Positions 61,557 to 64,000 of a DNA stretch of 64,000 bases are shown piece by piece; position 1 is the first letter of the stretch; each line of letters starts with the position of its first letter. The notes under the pieces are model-generated. The model saw only the letters and a program-made list of their open reading frames with translations, was not told the DNA's origin and searched no databases. The stretch comes from an uncultured Acidobacteriota bacterium. GTDB lineage: Bacteria; Acidobacteriota; UBA6911. The position numbers were made by a program, and so were the translations under genes. The stretch covers positions 1-64,000 of the forward strand of contig CAWJKZ010000015.1 of the NCBI GenBank assembly GCA_963843575.1. The letters run 5' to 3'.

Positions 61557-61674
61557 AAATCTGCGTGGATCCGCGTATTGAAAATCTTAGCCGCTCAGTG
61601 ACCGGAGATTGGCGAAGGGCGGGATGCCGCGTGTTTTCGGGGCGGGGTTTTCGGGAGCGCAGCGCGTTCGCAGA

Positions 61675-62544
61675 TCAAACGTGTCCGGTGCCCGGGTCCC
61701 GGTAGACGAGCGGGTTTTTGTCGCCGGCCGCGAGCGCCCCGGGCTCAACGCCCGGCATGCAGATGCGCAGATCGTTCAGCCGGATCGGGGTCAGATCCCT
61801 CCAGACATACGTGCCGTCGGGGAAATAGGAGATTGCCGCCGCCTCCCTCGCTCGGTCCGTGGCGTTTCCCTGCGCCGAGTGGAGCGTCCATCCCGCGTGG
61901 AAACTGGCGTCCCCCGCCTTCATGGGGCAGGTGACGACCGGGAGCTGATGCTCTGCGATGAAGCGGTCGAAGTGGGCCATGGCCTCATCCGATATGCCGA
62001 GATCGTCCGTAAAGGGGAAGCGGTGCGAACCCGTCGCGAAGCGCAGCGCCCCCATTTCCGGTGTGACGTCGACAAGGGCGACCCAGCACGTGAGCATGTG
62101 GTCGGTATCCAGGGGCCAGTAGTAGTGATCCTGGTGCCACGGTGTCGGGCCTCCGCCCGGCTCCTTGAAGAAGACCTGGTTGTGATAGATGCGAACGGCG
62201 TCCGCGCCCGCGAGCCGCGCGGCCATCCTGGCGAAACGGTGCGCAAGGACAAAAGGGCGGGTCTCCTCGTCCGAGAGGAAAGTGTTGGTCAGCGCAAGGA
62301 ACGCGCGTCCGAAGATGTCCCGGTCCCCAAGAGCGGGAGGTGCGGGGAAATGTTTCCGGATGACACTTCGAAACACCTCCCGGTGCGCGGCTATCTCCTC
62401 CGGAGTGCACACCCCGGGCAGAAAGAGATGCCCGTTTTCCCTGAATTCCGCTACTTGTCGATCGGTAAGGGGGTAGTCGCTGGACAGGTTGGGCGTGGGC
62501 GGGAAATTTTCGATCGGGCTTCCCATTACGAGTCCTCCTGGCAT
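61675..62544 (-). CDS. Phytanoyl-CoA dioxygenase (PhyH) family protein
   Basis: FFKEPG..TPWHQD, GSH, AGDASFH..TLH and N.TDRAR motifs. Confidence 0.92.
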   Translation of the reverse strand: MPGGLVMGSPIENFPPTPNLSSDYPLTDRQVAEFRENGHLFLPGVCTPEEIAAHREVFRSVIRKHFPAPPALGDRDIFGRAFLALTNTFLSDEETRPFVLAHRFARMAARLAGADAVRIYHNQVFFKEPGGGPTPWHQDHYYWPLDTDHMLTCWVALVDVTPEMGALRFATGSHRFPFTDDLGISDEAMAHFDRFIAEHQLPVVTCPMKAGDASFHAGWTLHSAQGNATDRAREAAAISYFPDGTYVWRDLTPIRLNDLRICMPGVEPGALAAGDKNPLVYRDPGTGHV

Positions 62545-62615
62545 TGCTTTCGATAGGGGTGTGGCCTCGGCCTGCGCGCTCGTGGTCCCGCCCCTTGACC
62601 CTCGACAAGCATAGC

Positions 62616-63791
62616 TCAGCGGTCCCAGATCTTCTCGAAATCCTCGATGAACTTGCGAACTACAGGCGACCCCTGAACGAAGACGGCATTCCCGAAACTG
62701 TTCTCTTCGGCGTTTGCCGACCAGTTGTAGCTTCCCGTCAGGAGCACCCTTCCATCTATGATCATGTACTTGTTGTACATGTTACCGCTGAACGCCCCGG
62801 AAGAACGCTTGAGATTGAATCCATGAGACTCGAGGTAGCCTATCTCGCTGAACATGTCGTCCGCGCGACTGGAATCGGCAATGATGCGGATCGCCACGCC
62901 CCTGTACCTGGCTGCCACCAGGGCGTCGCGGATTTCTTCGGTGGTGAAATTGTAGATGGCGATGTCGAGGCTGGACTGAGCCTTGTCGATTTCCGAGATG
63001 ATCCTGGCGCGGACCGAGCCGTTCGGGGAGAACAGAGGAGCGATGCCGGAGAGGGCGTATCCCGGCTGCCCCACCGACACGGTGCTGAAGACCGATGACG
63101 TGTGGAAGCGCAAAGCCGAAAAGGACGCATACCCCGAGGAGAGGTCGATCTGCGCTCTCCCCGAAGACGCACCCGCAATCAGCTGGAAGAGGAATGCCGA
63201 CATCTGGTTGCCCGGAGGAAGAGAAATCGGGTACGCGCCGACCGTCTCGCCGCCGCTGTTCCTCAGCGTCAGAGTCCCGACTGCCGTGGTCGAACCGGGA
63301 TTGGCCAGGGCGACGGCCGTCGTGAACCCGCCCTCCTCGTCGGCATAGAAATCCGCCGAGGAAACCGGTAATGCTGCTGGGACTGAAGCTTCGGACATGA
63401 GGTCCGATCCTCTGAAGAGCTGGAAGACGGCGTTCCCGTTCAAGTCGACCGCCGGCGACGTGGCCACTCTGGCCCACCCGGTTGAGACTTCAGATCCCGT
63501 GCCGGAGGTCGTCAGCTTTGCGGAACCCAAGGCGAGGATAGGGAGCTGGAAGAAAGTGGAACTGTTACCCCCAACCGTCACGGTCAGCGGGACCCCGGTC
63601 TTCGAGAAGAACGAGATCGTTGCCGTGGTGGCTGTCCCGGTGGCGTTTGTCAGCAGCAGAACCGTCTTGTACCCCCCGCCGTCCGCAACGTGGGGGAACA
63701 CGACTTCCTGGGCAAAGGCGCGTGATGCTGTTGCGGAAACCACCGCCAGCGTCACTGCGATCGAGAACAAATTGACGAACCTTCGATACAT
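62616..63791 (-). CDS. Secreted protein with C-terminal PLD/Nuc-like domain
   Basis: Signal peptide, FPHVADGGGY beta-domains, then FSPNG, LDIAIYNFT and MYNKYMIIDG..TGSYNWS. Confidence 0.85.
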   Translation of the reverse strand: MYRRFVNLFSIAVTLAVVSATASRAFAQEVVFPHVADGGGYKTVLLLTNATGTATTATISFFSKTGVPLTVTVGGNSSTFFQLPILALGSAKLTTSGTGSEVSTGWARVATSPAVDLNGNAVFQLFRGSDLMSEASVPAALPVSSADFYADEEGGFTTAVALANPGSTTAVGTLTLRNSGGETVGAYPISLPPGNQMSAFLFQLIAGASSGRAQIDLSSGYASFSALRFHTSSVFSTVSVGQPGYALSGIAPLFSPNGSVRARIISEIDKAQSSLDIAIYNFTTEEIRDALVAARYRGVAIRIIADSSRADDMFSEIGYLESHGFNLKRSSGAFSGNMYNKYMIIDGRVLLTGSYNWSANAEENSFGNAVFVQGSPVVRKFIEDFEKIWDR

Positions 63792-64000
63792 GTCCTTGTG
63801 GTTCCTTTAAGAGAATGCAACTGAGGTGCGCACATCGGGCACAGTCCACAAAGAGCCTGAGTGTGCTCCAGACGATCCAAACTCGGCATCGCTTTTGGGA
63901 AATTTCGTGAACTCCCCGCCCACGTCAGCCGGTACCGAGAATCGTCGTCAGGGCGGCGCAACTTTGCTATTTCCTTTTCCGAACCCGAGAAAGCTAGTAA

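Overview
High-GC bacterial chromosome segment. The C-terminal PLD-fusion gene and the general gene content suggest Acidobacteriota, but this is inference. Bases 1-8.3 kb look like core genome: tRNA-Phe, a cytochrome bd-like oxidase fused to c-type haems, a cytochrome c, DUF72, DUF62, a cysteine desulfurase and a STAS protein. tRNA-Thr(CGT) at 8310 anchors a tandem island array. Its 3' half recurs at 26628 and 33210. A tRNA-Ala(GGC) 3' half with the same arm and IHF architecture sits inside the array at 31093. No integrase gene was found in the window. Segment 1 (about 18 kb) is a decayed cos-type prophage (dnaB fragment, rep, HNH, terS, ParB, MTase, tail) interleaved with cargo: a solitary attC cassette, a KaiC-like ATPase plus kinase, and a multi-PAS kinase. 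Segment 2 holds an IS91 fragment, an orphan gene, an intact IS1111-type IS110 whose 3' ncRNA matches its own target, and a PIG-L deacetylase. Beyond it lie an AbiE toxin-antitoxin pair, several pseudogenes, a second remnant of the same prophage family, an L,D-transpeptidase/lipoprotein operon, a radical SAM/glycosyltransferase operon, an RND efflux system and several hydrolases. All calls come from reading motifs by eye; no database searches were run.
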